Source: Octopus vulgaris (Eukaryota). From it: DNA of 64,000 nucleotides. The notes under the pieces were generated by a model. That model had not been told where the DNA came from. It did no database searches and saw nothing but the letters and a program-made list of their open reading frames with translations. The position numbers and the translations under genes are program-made. Location: contig OX597840.1 in NCBI GenBank assembly GCA_951406725.2, positions 2,976,001-3,040,000 of the forward strand, in the 5' to 3' direction. Shown here one piece after another: positions 28,562-39,892 of the stretch. Each line of letters begins with the position of its first letter. Within the stretch, counting starts at the first letter, position 1.

Positions 28562-28945
28562 TATTGGGTTGGGGAATAGTTCGTGAGAGTTGTTTTCTTT
28601 TTCAAATTTAAAAATGCATGCAGAAATAAAACGCATTGAGAAAATGTTTTATGCTATTTGAAAGATAATTGTTTGCGCTGCAAGATAATGTGGTTTGAGT
28701 TTTTAATCTTATTGATTTTTGTGTATTCTCAGATCATTTAAGCGGAATTTCACATGAACAAAACTGAGCGTTCTCGACGCCATTTGCAATTTTCATTTTA
28801 TCGAGGTGTTAAGCCCGCCGAAGCTGCACGTGAGATTTGCGCTGTGTATAGAGAAAGATCAATGCATCAAACTACCACCCGCCTTTGGTTTTCGTGTTTC
28901 GAACGTGGGAATTTTAACCTCAAGGACAGATCATACGGTCGAAAA
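28562..28945 (+). pseudogene. Mariner transposon 5' fragment (TIR plus N-terminal HTH of transposase)
   Basis: TATTGGGTTGG TIR-like start; ORF 28754 FYRGVKPAEAAREICAVY..TTRLWFSCFERGNFNLKDRSYGR matches the mariner N-terminus ending in the GRP-like motif. Confidence 0.8.
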
Positions 28946-28969
28946 CAACATCATTGTGCCAATGCATAT

Positions 28970-29315
28970 TATTTCTGTGCTCAAATTCCGCCGAGGTCGA
29001 CTTTCCTTTTCATCCTTTCGGAGTCGATTAAATAAGTACCAGTTACGCACTGGTGTTGATGTAATCGACTTAATCCGTTTGTCTGTCCGTGTTTGTCCTC
29101 TTTGTGTTTAGCCCCTTGTGGGTAGTAAAGAAATAGGTATTTCGTCTGTCTTTAAGTTCTGAGTTCAAATTCCTCCGAAGTCGACTTTTCTGTTGATCCT
29201 TTCGAGTTAGATAAATTAAGTAGCAGTTGCGTACTGGGGTCGATGTAAACGACTGTAAACGACTGCCCCCTACCCCAAAAAATTCAGGCCTTGTGCCTAT
29301 TGTAGAAAGGATTAT
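28970..29315 (+). mobile_element. SINE-A dimer whose second unit has an alternative 3' tail
   Basis: AAAGAAATAGGTATTTCGTC junction at ~29135; second tail CCCCAAAAAATTCAGGCCTTGTGCC. Confidence 0.8.
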
Positions 29316-29581
29316 AAATAGGTACAAAAACAAACATACATATGTGTGTGTGAGTGTGTGTTGGATTGGTCAAAAAGTTTGCTCTTCTCATTTGCGCATG
29401 TGTATTTGATAAAGACCTGATACACTAACGTACATGGACGCGAACCTGCGACGCGACGCTAACGACAGGGACATATACATATACATAACAATAGGGCTTG
29501 TTATTAGCTATTGGGATAGACACATGCACAGGGACACACACACATACACGCACATATATTCGACAAGCTTCCACAAACTTT

Positions 29582-29745
29582 CTTATTTCTTTATTGCCCA
29601 CAAGGGGCTAAAAACAGAGGGGACAAACAAGTACAGACAAACGGATTAAGTCGATTAGATCGACCCCAGTTCGCAACTGGTACTTAATTTATCGACCCCG
29701 AAAGGATGAAAGGCAAAGTCGACCTCGACGGAATTTGAACTCAGA
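29582..29745 (-). mobile_element. SINE-A 3' part
   Basis: Match to SINE-A body and tail. Confidence 0.85.
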
Positions 29746-30159
29746 AGACACCACGCACTTTCTGTCTACCACAATCACTGCCAGAGCATTTGTCATTCCC
29801 GGATTAGAGCAGCAGTTACTTGCACAAGTTGTTGTACCACGGGACTGAAGCCAAAACCGCGTGGTTGCAATGCAAGTTTTTGCCATACAGTGATGCCTAC
29901 CCCTCTTCTGAAAATTCATTTTGTTCACTTACAAAGGAAGGTTGCCAAGATTAATTTGCGCGGTATAATGTAAACGGTAGATATTGTCTGTAGTTTAACG
30001 TTTTCGTTAGTTCCAAATATCTAATTTCTGTTTAATTGCCAAATAATACCAAAATAAAAGGTGGAGAATTTTCAACAATGTAAGTAAAGCACTGTCTAAA
30101 ATCCGAGACCTCATAGCGCTGGTTACCAACACTCAGTGGTGTATATGTGACCCACAATT

Positions 30160-30336
30160 GGAGGCGTGTGCTCAAGTCGTTAGAGTGTTGGACTCGTGAT
30201 TGTAAGATTGGGGTTTCAAATCCTGGATCGGAAAATACGCGTTGTAATCTCGAACAAAGCATTTTATATCACGTTGCTCCAGTCCACTCAGCTGGCAAAA
30301 CTGAGTAATTCTGCGAGGGCCTGGCGTCCCATCCAG
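30160..30336 (+). mobile_element. Diverged SINE-C
   Basis: GGAGGCGTGTGCTCAAGTCGTTAG..GTTGCTCCAGTCCACTCAGCTGGCAAAA. Confidence 0.75.
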
Positions 30337-30364
30337 TGAACTTGTACTTATGTATATTCTATTA

Positions 30365-30787
30365 TTCTCTTACTTATTTTAGTCGGTTGACTGCGAACAT
30401 GCTGGAGCACCATCTTAAAGGGTTATAGTCGAAGAAATCGACCCCAGGACTTATTCTTTATAAGCTTTGTACTTATTTTATCGGTCGCTTTTGCAGTACT
30501 GCTAGGTTACGGAAACATAAACACAAAAGCATCGGTTGTAAATCGATGGGGGTTGGGGACAAGCACAGGCACATACACGCACGCATAAATATACACAAAT
30601 ATATATATATATATATAATATAGACAGGCTTCTTTCAGTTTCCGTCTACCAAATCCACTCACAAGGCTTTGGTCGGCCTGAGGCTATAGTAGAAGACATT
30701 GAACCCGAAAACTTATGGTTGGGAAGCAAACCAGTTACCACAGTCACGCCTGCACATCCACACCTTCACAGCCACGCCTGCGCCCTA
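30365..30787 (-). mobile_element. SINE-B, internally deleted
   Basis: Consensus match. Confidence 0.8.
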
Positions 30788-30811
30788 TATATATATAAAT
30801 ATATATACATA

Positions 30812-31152
30812 TATTAAATCTCTGAGCGAGATATAAACAGTAGCAATACAGAATCGTAACATAGAATTGGCAACCAATTGTGGCGTCTTGCCTTATACAG
30901 CACAGTGACACTGATGTTTATAGCTCCAGGAAGACATCTCTTCCGGCTAGCTAACGACACACATTCTGTGTCTGATTACTATTGGCGAGGGGAGGTCATC
31001 GCTCCCATCTCTAGTCTGACGTGATACACACGGAATCGAGTTTCTGGGTGGTTGCCCGTCCTGAGTGTGTGTCAGTCACCAGCTAATGAGGAAGGCTCAT
31101 TCACACACAAAATACTATATGCTTCTTCCATATCTTGCTCAGAGATTTAATA
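30812..31152 (-). mobile_element. Mini-element with 23-bp inverted ends and decayed hammerhead (31027-31071); family of 63295-63570
   Basis: TATTAAATCTCTGAGCGAGATAT / ATATCTTGCTCAGAGATTTAATA; minus strand CACACA-CTCAGGA-CGGG..CCCA-GAAAC-TCGA-TTC-CGTGTG. Confidence 0.65.
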
Positions 31153-31371
31153 TAGTTTATTTCTCATATTTCGACATCAGCAACAGCTTGTTGCTGGAAA
31201 ATGTATATAGTACTTTGCGAGTGGAATGAATTTTCATCACTAACTGGTGATTAACGCACTCTGTAACTTCTCCCTCATCAACGCTGTCATGTCATGTTTC
31301 TCTTGGAGACGAGTATCTATCTTTAGAGCATCAACATATGTCATTCTTGGGTTCCCTCTTCTAATGTGACC

Positions 31372-31450
<79 letters not shown>

Positions 31451-31705
31451 GATATAGATACATAGATAGAGTTCGTTAAAAGAAAAATTGGGATTAAAAA
31501 GTCCTTACAGATATCAATGGAGCACTCTGTATTAAAAGAATTTGGTTGTAAATATTCAGCAATCAATATAAGTAGAATACATATAAAAAAAGGAACTCAA
31601 AGGATATCGCGGTACACGATAAACGACCTGTTCATTACATCAGTGTATAATAGATATAAAAGATGGTTTAAAGCTCTCTTCAGCCGCATACATTGTTATT
31701 CCAAT

Positions 31706-31774
<69 letters not shown>

Positions 31775-31779
<5 letters not shown>

Positions 31780-31937
31780 TTATTTTATAGAAGGAGCTTC
31801 TACAGGACTAGAACTGTTTCATTCAAATGAAACAGTTCTAGTCCTGTAGAAGCTCCTTCTATAACATAAATTAATTTACTCTGATATGTATTGACTACCT
31901 TATTTACTGTGGTTAACCCCGACTCAACCCGGGACCT

Positions 31938-31970
<33 letters not shown>

Positions 31971-32474
31971 CTTGAGGGGAGTGGTCAAGGAGTCAGTGTT
32001 AAATTAGATAGAAGAATAAATAAAAAATAAAAATAAAAAAAATAAAAATATATATATATATATATAAAAAAGGGGGAATAGAGTTTTAGGTAAATAAGGA
32101 GATTCTCACTTATACCTATGCACATATGTATACATATATACACACGCATACAAACATATATACATATACATACACACATACATACACACACATATATATA
32201 TACATATATATACACTTACACATACATATACATATCTACACATACACATATATGTATACATACACAAACTCACATGCATACAAGTATACACACATGTATA
32301 TATACACACACGACCACACATACATATACACACAGAAAAATATATATACACATGCACACACATACTCACATACACGCATACACACACAAATCCACACACA
32401 CACATGCACACACAGCACACTAGTCCCTATATACACATATATACACACATACACACATATATACACACATACAT

Positions 32475-32530
<56 letters not shown>

Positions 32531-32938
32531 GTGTACCTATGCATACCTACACATACACACATATATATATACACATACAAATACAGACCCATTCCTAATT
32601 TTAATTTTATTATCTTCGTTTATTACTTTTGTTATCTTTGGCCGCTTGGTCACAAACATCTTGGCTATGACAGCCAGTCCATTTATCTGTCTACTGGAAA
32701 ACAAGCACTCATTCACTCACGCACACTCTTTAGCACGTACACTCACTCATTCGTACACTCATACACATACACGCACGCACGCGTTATATTCATACATACA
32801 TACATCTACATACATTCACGTATATACACATACGTACGCGTACCTACAGATTCATGTCTACACTCTTAGAAGGCTAGTCTATACATATACACCAATAAAT
32901 ATAAATACACACACATACACGTACACCTACATACAAAT

Positions 32939-33005
<67 letters not shown>

Positions 33006-33640
33006 ATATATATACACATACATACATACACATACATACATACACATATATACACATATACACACATATATACACATATATACACACATACACATACATA
33101 CATATACACACATACACATACATACGTATACATACATACATACATCCATACATCCATACATACATACATATGTATGTATACATATATGTGTATGTGTAGA
33201 CATGTATATGTATGTGTAAGTGTATATATATGTATATATATATGTGTGTGTATGTATGTGTGTATGTATATGTATATATGTTTGTATGCGTGTGTATATA
33301 TGTATACATATGTGCATAGGTATAAGTGAGAATCTCCTTATTTACCTAAAACTCTATTCCCCTTTTTTTTATATATATATTTATTTTTTTTTTTATTATT
33401 ATTTTTTTTTTATTTTATTATTTTTTTTTTTAAATTTATTCTTCTATCTAATTTAACACTGACTCCTTGACCACTCCCCCAAGTATGATATTTTGCGCTA
33501 TGCCTACCCCCTAAAAGTCCCCCATAACACCCCTAAACCTGCCTAAATGTATAAATGCCATATTCTTGTTAACTAGCTTCCTGAAGATTTCTCTTGAATG
33601 AAACAGTTCTAGTCCTGTAGAAGCTCCTTCTATATAATAA

Positions 33641-33650
<10 letters not shown>
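31775..33650 (+). mobile_element. Penelope-type 3' remnant with nested inversions and a hammerhead
   Basis: Hairpin about 31775-31870; large inverted arms 31969-32264 / 33171-33485; hammerhead near the right end; TA flanks. Confidence 0.75.
33575..33625 (+). ncRNA. Type I hammerhead ribozyme
   Basis: Helix I AGCTTC/GAAGCT; CTGAAGA; short stem II TTC-TCTT-GAA; GAAA; stem III ACAG/CTGT with loop TTCTAGTC; GUA triplet ending at 33619. Confidence 0.8.
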
Positions 33651-33697
<47 letters not shown>

Positions 33698-34271
33698 CAC
33701 GAATATGAGTGTAAAGTATTCAGGTATTGGAGACAATATGTCTTGCAGCCTTGCGGTACTTAATTATATATTTACATGTTTTGTGTTCAATTCCCAACGA
33801 ACTCAAATATTTATATCATCCCTCCGAGGTCAATGACAATCTAGACCCGTTTTTCCGTACTGAGATCGATATAAACGCACGCATGCCTCTAATATATTTA
33901 TATCCTTGTGTTTTACATGCTGGGCAACCTGCATTATCCTCCCTTTATGCTTCCACCACGAACTTCAACATAGCACGTTGCTTCTTCTTCTTCCAGCGTA
34001 TTATTTACCTGGAATAAAGAAGCACAGGGAGATGGTTTCTACTTTAAGTAATCGATATTTGTGAATATGAATAGAATTTCGCGTCGTATTTAAGAAAGCT
34101 TAGTTATTTTCAGTCTAATTCTATAACACACGCATTAATGAAAAGCCATGCTTTCTAAAATTAAACAGGCGATCCCCTCTTTCTTTTATTCCTGTCCTTA
34201 AAACATCATTGCTTTGAATTCAGTTTTTGCTCTATTCAGCATTTTTGTTTCACAGATGTGCTTCAGTCCAT

Positions 34272-34772
34272 ATACTCTTTTACTCTTTTACTTGTGTCAG
34301 TTATGTGACTCTGGCCATGCTGGAGCACCGACTGTATAGTCGAGCATATCGACCCCAGGACTTATTCTTTGTAAGCCTAGTACTTATTCTATCGGTCTCT
34401 TTGGCCGAACTGCTAGGTTACGGGGACGTAAACACACCAGCATCGGTTGTCAAACGATGCTGGAGGGACAAACAGACACACAAACATATACACACACATA
34501 CATACATACATACATACATACATACATACATACATACATACATACATACATACATACATACATACTTACATACATACATACATATGTACTCCACCTGCCT
34601 TCGTCTTTTGTTTATTTTCGTAAGCTTCCCGTTTTATATATATATATATATATATACGACGGGCTTCTTCCAGTTTCCGTCTACCAAATGCACTCACATG
34701 CCTTTGGTCGGCCCGAGGCTATAGTAGAAGACACTTGCATAAAGTACCACGCAGTGGGACTGAACCCGGGAC
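34272..34772 (-). mobile_element. SINE-B with a mini-element tail in its internal microsatellite
   Basis: Consensus match; GTACTCCACCTGCCTTCGTC tail at 34586-34635. Confidence 0.85.
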
Positions 34773-34781
34773 CTATATATA

Positions 34782-34826
<45 letters not shown>

Positions 34827-34829
<3 letters not shown>

Positions 34830-35722
34830 AGGGTGGGTGGAGAGTAACTAGGCATTAGAAATTGGTTATATAATTTTAGCATTACTGAGGTCCTGACGAA
34901 AACAGACAGCATAAACGAGGATTTCTTATTTTCTTATTGTCTTATTTCTTATTTTCTAGATGGCTGGTCGTTTGACTGTCGAGGAGATCGAGCCAAAGAT
35001 TGCAGCACATTATGATGTGTGGAATTCCATTGTTTTATTTCAGAGATTGTGGCATGCATGTTTTAGGTAAGCATGCAACACTACGTCCGGAGACAATGAG
35101 AAGCTGTCATGTAAAGCTGATGACCACGGACAACGGATTCTGTGAACGATGCAAGGAGAAGTGGTCTTCTAACCTCAACCCGATCAGCGGAGAACGTGGC
35201 AACCGTGCAAGAAATGTTTAATCCTAGCCCGCAAAAGATCAACACGTCAAACAGCTCTGAAAGTAGACTAACAAGACACGTTGGGTATTGCATTAAGAAC
35301 TGACTTTTCGTCCGTGGAAACCCCATTAGGGGGAGGAGCTAAAACCCTAAGGCTGTGACCGCATAAGTCCAGAAGTCCAAAACTCCAATAAGCTCAGATC
35401 TCTTCCCATGTGACTTTTTCCCATGAGGCTACAGAAAAGAGGCGGTGTACAAGACAAAACCTCGCACGCTGGAGGACTTGGAGACACGGATTCTGGAGGT
35501 TCGCAATAATATCCCAGACGACGTCCTTCAGAAGGGTATTCATTCCGTTCTTGGCGGTTTGAGTGAACCGGTTGACGCCACTCGTGTTTACGTTGAAATA
35601 TGAAGACTTACTTTCATTTTACCATGTAATAAAGAGAATATATAGTTTGTTTCTATAAATTTGTAAAAGTAATATCGATTTTATTAGCAATATTTAATGC
35701 CTAATTACTTATCACGTACCAT
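34827..35722 (+). pseudogene. Internally deleted Tc1/mariner-superfamily transposon
   Basis: TA-CAGGGTG start and degenerate right TIR; 35391 onward translates SSDLFPCDFFP*GY.KEAVYKTKPRTLEDLE (SPDLxPxDFxLWG motif). Confidence 0.8.
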
Positions 35723-35906
35723 ATATATATCTATGTATGTATGTATGTATGTATGTATGTATGTATGTATGTATGTATGTATGTATGTATGAATGTATGT
35801 ATGTATGTATGTATGTATGTATGAATGTATGTATGTATGTATGTATGTATGTATGTATGTATGTATGTATGTATGTACGTATGTATAGAAAGATAGATAG
35901 ATAGAT

Positions 35907-36275
35907 AAAGTTTCTTTATTGGCCACACAGGGCTGCACACAGATGGGATAAGTTACAAAGTAGAGCTTTTCTTTTTGGGGATGAAAAAAAAAAGGGGGTG
36001 GCGTAGGTTTTCGATCAAGAGGGATCGTAAAAGGGAAGCAAAGAATAAAAAAAATAAAAAAGAAAATAAAAAAGAAAAAAAAGAAAATAAAGGAAAAGGA
36101 AAAGGAACAAAAGAAAAGAGAAATGAAAAAAGAAGAAAAAAGGGGAAAAAAAGGGGAAGAGGAAAAAAAAACGATCAATAGGGATCGTGTATCACAGTGT
36201 TATGATATATGGTGTGAAGGGGAAAGCAAGTAAGGTTTATCCGTGGGAACAAAAGCCTACGAAAAAGACCACGGT
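35907..36275 (-). mobile_element. LINE-like 3' UTR inserted in (GATA)n
   Basis: Minus strand is pyrimidine-rich and ends CCCTGTGTGGCCAATAAAGAAAC, running into (TATC)n; GATA repeats on both sides. Confidence 0.55.
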
Positions 36276-36360
<85 letters not shown>

Positions 36361-36860
36361 CAGACAAGCAGGCAGACAGAGGGACAGGCAGACATACTGA
36401 CATATCATCAATGAAGTCGGGTTGTTTCGCATGAGAACCCGGCCGGATTAATTGTAGACGGCTGCTTTTGACAGGACCAAATGGAAGGCGTGCTTCATGA
36501 CTCTCTGTCCATGAACCTCCCAGGATTAAGTGGGCGAAGTCTTCATTGATGAAGACTTTTTAGAGAACTTTTCCGTAATTTGAACCCATAATGTGGAGGA
36601 AAACTCAGCCGTCGAGTTTTCCTCCATATTATAACTATTGAATATATATATATATGGAAAACAAGTGAGATCCAGAGAAGCTAACGATAGAAACACGGTT
36701 TAGTGATCAAATTATTTGAATTTACACTCCAAAGTCTTTTTCAAGGACTAAGTCCACCGGGGTGAAGAATGGCTATATAAAGAATCCAGCTGACAGAGGG
36801 ATAGTGATACAAACAAGCGCGATTCGACTTGATATATAGAATATATATACACATATACAG

Positions 36861-36901
<41 letters not shown>

Positions 36902-36905
<4 letters not shown>

Positions 36906-37130
36906 GGAGTAAACACATAAATGTGAAACAAGGTGGAAAAAAAAAAGAGTACTCAAATACCAGTGGTAGAGTAATATGCTTTATTTAAAGCAGCAGAAAA
37001 TTCAACAAAATCTGTTACTCTGAGTTTCTCGTTGCCGTTCATCAGACATTCTAGCAAAAACTGTCTGATGAACGGCAACGAGAAACTCAGAGTAACAGAT
37101 TTTGTTGAATTTTCTGCTGCTTAAATTAAA

Positions 37131-37133
<3 letters not shown>
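36902..37133. mobile_element. Hairpin mini-element with a canonical hammerhead on each strand
   Basis: Arms about 36975-37048 / 37062-37133; TA flanks; family of 23238-23470. Confidence 0.8.
37061..37098 (+). ncRNA. Minimal type I hammerhead ribozyme
   Basis: CTGT-CTGATGA-ACG-GCAA-CGA-GAAACTC-A-GAGTA-ACAG; GNRA-type loop 2; GUA triplet. Confidence 0.8.
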
Positions 37134-37175
<42 letters not shown>

Positions 37176-37179
37176 TATA

Positions 37180-37645
37180 TACGACGAGCTTCTTTCAGTT
37201 TCCGTCTACCAAATCCACTCACAAGACTTTGGTGACCCGAGGCTATAGTAGAAGACACTTGCCCAGGGTGACACGCAGTGGGACTGAACCTGGAACCATC
37301 TGGTTGGTAAGCAAGCTACATACCACACAGCCACTCCTGTGCTTATATATATATATATATACATATGTGGATATGTATGCATATTTTATATATCAAGCCC
37401 AAGCTTCGTGAGTGATTTCTTTCTCCCTATATATATACTCTTTTACTTGTTTCAGTCATTTGACTCCGGCCATGCTGGAACACCGCCTTTCAGCAAGCAA
37501 CTCGACCCCGGGACTTATAAAAGTTTTAGTCAACCCAAGGCTATAGTAGAAGACACTTGCCCAAATTTCCACGCAGTGGGACTGAACCTGAAACTGTGTG
37601 ACTGGGAAGCAAACTTCTTATCACACAGCCACGCCTGCCCCTATG
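37180..37645 (-). mobile_element. Two SINE-B fragments
   Basis: 5' half 37180-37345; deleted copy 37435-37645. Confidence 0.8.
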
Positions 37646-37958
37646 TGTATATATATGAATGTATGTATATATACACACATATATATAAATACATACACAG
37701 AAGAGTTTTTAAGCATGTGATACTTGAATGTCTGTGCGTGTGAAATTTGTGTGTATGTGTGTGTAAGCGTGTGTGTGCGTGTGTGTATGGTGTATGAGTG
37801 TGTTGACAGATGGTGACGTTGACAAATTAATCATATCAATATTTTATATCCAAACAACCGTGAAATCTAACCTCAAAAAACTTGTGTAAAAGCAATATTT
37901 CTTATTTAATTATTGATTTATATTATCAGCAAAGCTTAACCTTACGTATGTGTGTATG

Positions 37959-37994
<36 letters not shown>

Positions 37995-38194
37995 TGTGTG
38001 AAAGAGAGTGGACAAATGAATAAATGATTATCTTATGGACTTCATTGCCTTACAGGCTGTTTCCGCTATAGATGCAGTGGATTAGAGTAGAGTGCTTGAG
38101 TAACAACTTGGATTTGAAGTGCAATTTACTTGGAATGGAATTACGCTCTGCGCCTCTTTATGGAACGATATCAGCGACGAGAAAGTCAATGCAT

Positions 38195-38422
38195 ATACTC
38201 TTTTACTCTTTTACTCGTTTACTCTTTTACTTGTTTCAGTCATTTGACTGCGGCCATGCTGGAGCACCGCCTTTAGTCGAGCAAATCGACCCCGGGACTT
38301 ATTCTTTGCAAGCCCAGTACTTACTCTATCGGTCTCTTTTGCCGAACCGCTAAGTGACGGGGACGTAAACACACCAGCATCGGTTGTCAAGCAATGCTAG
38401 GAGAACAAACACAGGCACAAAA

Positions 38423-38453
<31 letters not shown>

Positions 38454-38625
38454 CGACAAGCTTCTTTCAGTTTCCGTCTACCAAATCCACTCACAAGGCA
38501 TTGGTCGGGCCGGGGCTATAGCAGAAGACACTTCACTTGCCCAAGATGCCACGCAGTAGGACTGAACCCGGAACCATGTGGTTGGTTAGCAAGCTACTTA
38601 CCACACAGCCACTTCTGCGCCTATG
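38195..38625 (-). mobile_element. Full-length SINE-B
   Basis: Consensus match. Confidence 0.92.
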
Positions 38626-38813
38626 TATATTAAAAATATATATACACCTGTATTGGTTTTCTGTGTAGGAAATGACAACAGCCATGAGAAAGTCAACACA
38701 GATGTATATATATTTTATATGCATCTTTACTGACATTCTCATTTTTGATGATGTCATTCCATACACATCCGCGAAGCGAATTCTTTCCCAAACCAATCGC
38801 AATTCATATTCGA

Positions 38814-38888
38814 GGCTCTGATGAATCTATAATGTATTACTCAGACACTCAACTACGAGTGTTTCATACCGGAAACAGCTGATGGCCA
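38814..38888 (+). ncRNA. Decayed hammerhead-like motif
   Basis: GGCT-CTGATGA..ACACTC/GAGTGT..GAAAC-AGCT-GAT-GGCC; cleavage triplet not NUH. Confidence 0.4.
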
Positions 38889-39074
38889 ATGAAGTCCACC
38901 TTTGTCATCTTTCTTATTACCACTCTGTATTCAGCAGACACTTAGTTCTGAAACATACGTATATTGACTTCTACACCAGGTTATTAATCTTGCAACGCCT
39001 AAGTTAGATTTTTGTGTGTTTGTGTGAATGAGAATTGTGTGTGTACGTGTAATATGTGTTTATACATATGTGCT

Positions 39075-39394
39075 TGTGTATGTATGTATGTATGTATGTA
39101 TGTATGTATGTATGTACGTACGTGTGTATGTATGTATGTATGTATTGATGCATGCATGCATGTATGTATGTATGTATGTATGTACGTATGTATGTATGTA
39201 TGTATGTATGTATGTACGTACGTGTGTATGTATGTATGTATGTATGTATGTATGTATGTATGTATGTATGCATGCATGCATGTATGTATGCATGTATGTA
39301 TGTATGTATGTATGTATGCATGCATGCATGTATGTATGTATGTATGTATGTATGTATGTATGCATGTATGCATGTATGTATGTGTGTATGTATG

Positions 39395-39428
<34 letters not shown>

Positions 39429-39638
39429 TGTATGTATGCATGCATGCATGCATGTATGTATGTATGTATGTATGTATGTACGTACGTGTGTATGTATGTA
39501 TGTATGTATGCATGTATGCATGCATGCATGTATGTATGTATGTATGTATGTATGTACGTACGTGTGTATGTATGTATGTATGTATGTATGTATGCATGCA
39601 TGCATGTATGTATGTATGAATGTATGTATGTATGTATG

Positions 39639-39670
<32 letters not shown>

Positions 39671-39872
39671 CATGCATGCATGCATGTATGTATGTATGTA
39701 TGAATGTATGAATGTATGTATGTACGTACGTGTGTATGTATGTATGTATGTATGCATGCATGCATGCATGTATGTATGTATCTATGTATGCATGTATGTA
39801 TGTATGTATGTATGTATGTATGTATGTATGTATGTATTTATGTATGTACGTATGTGTGTATTATGTATGTAT
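39075..39872. repeat. Compound (TATG)n array with TGCA and TACG variant blocks
   Basis: Direct inspection. Confidence 0.95.
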
Positions 39873-39892
39873 GTCTCTTCTATCTGTTAATT

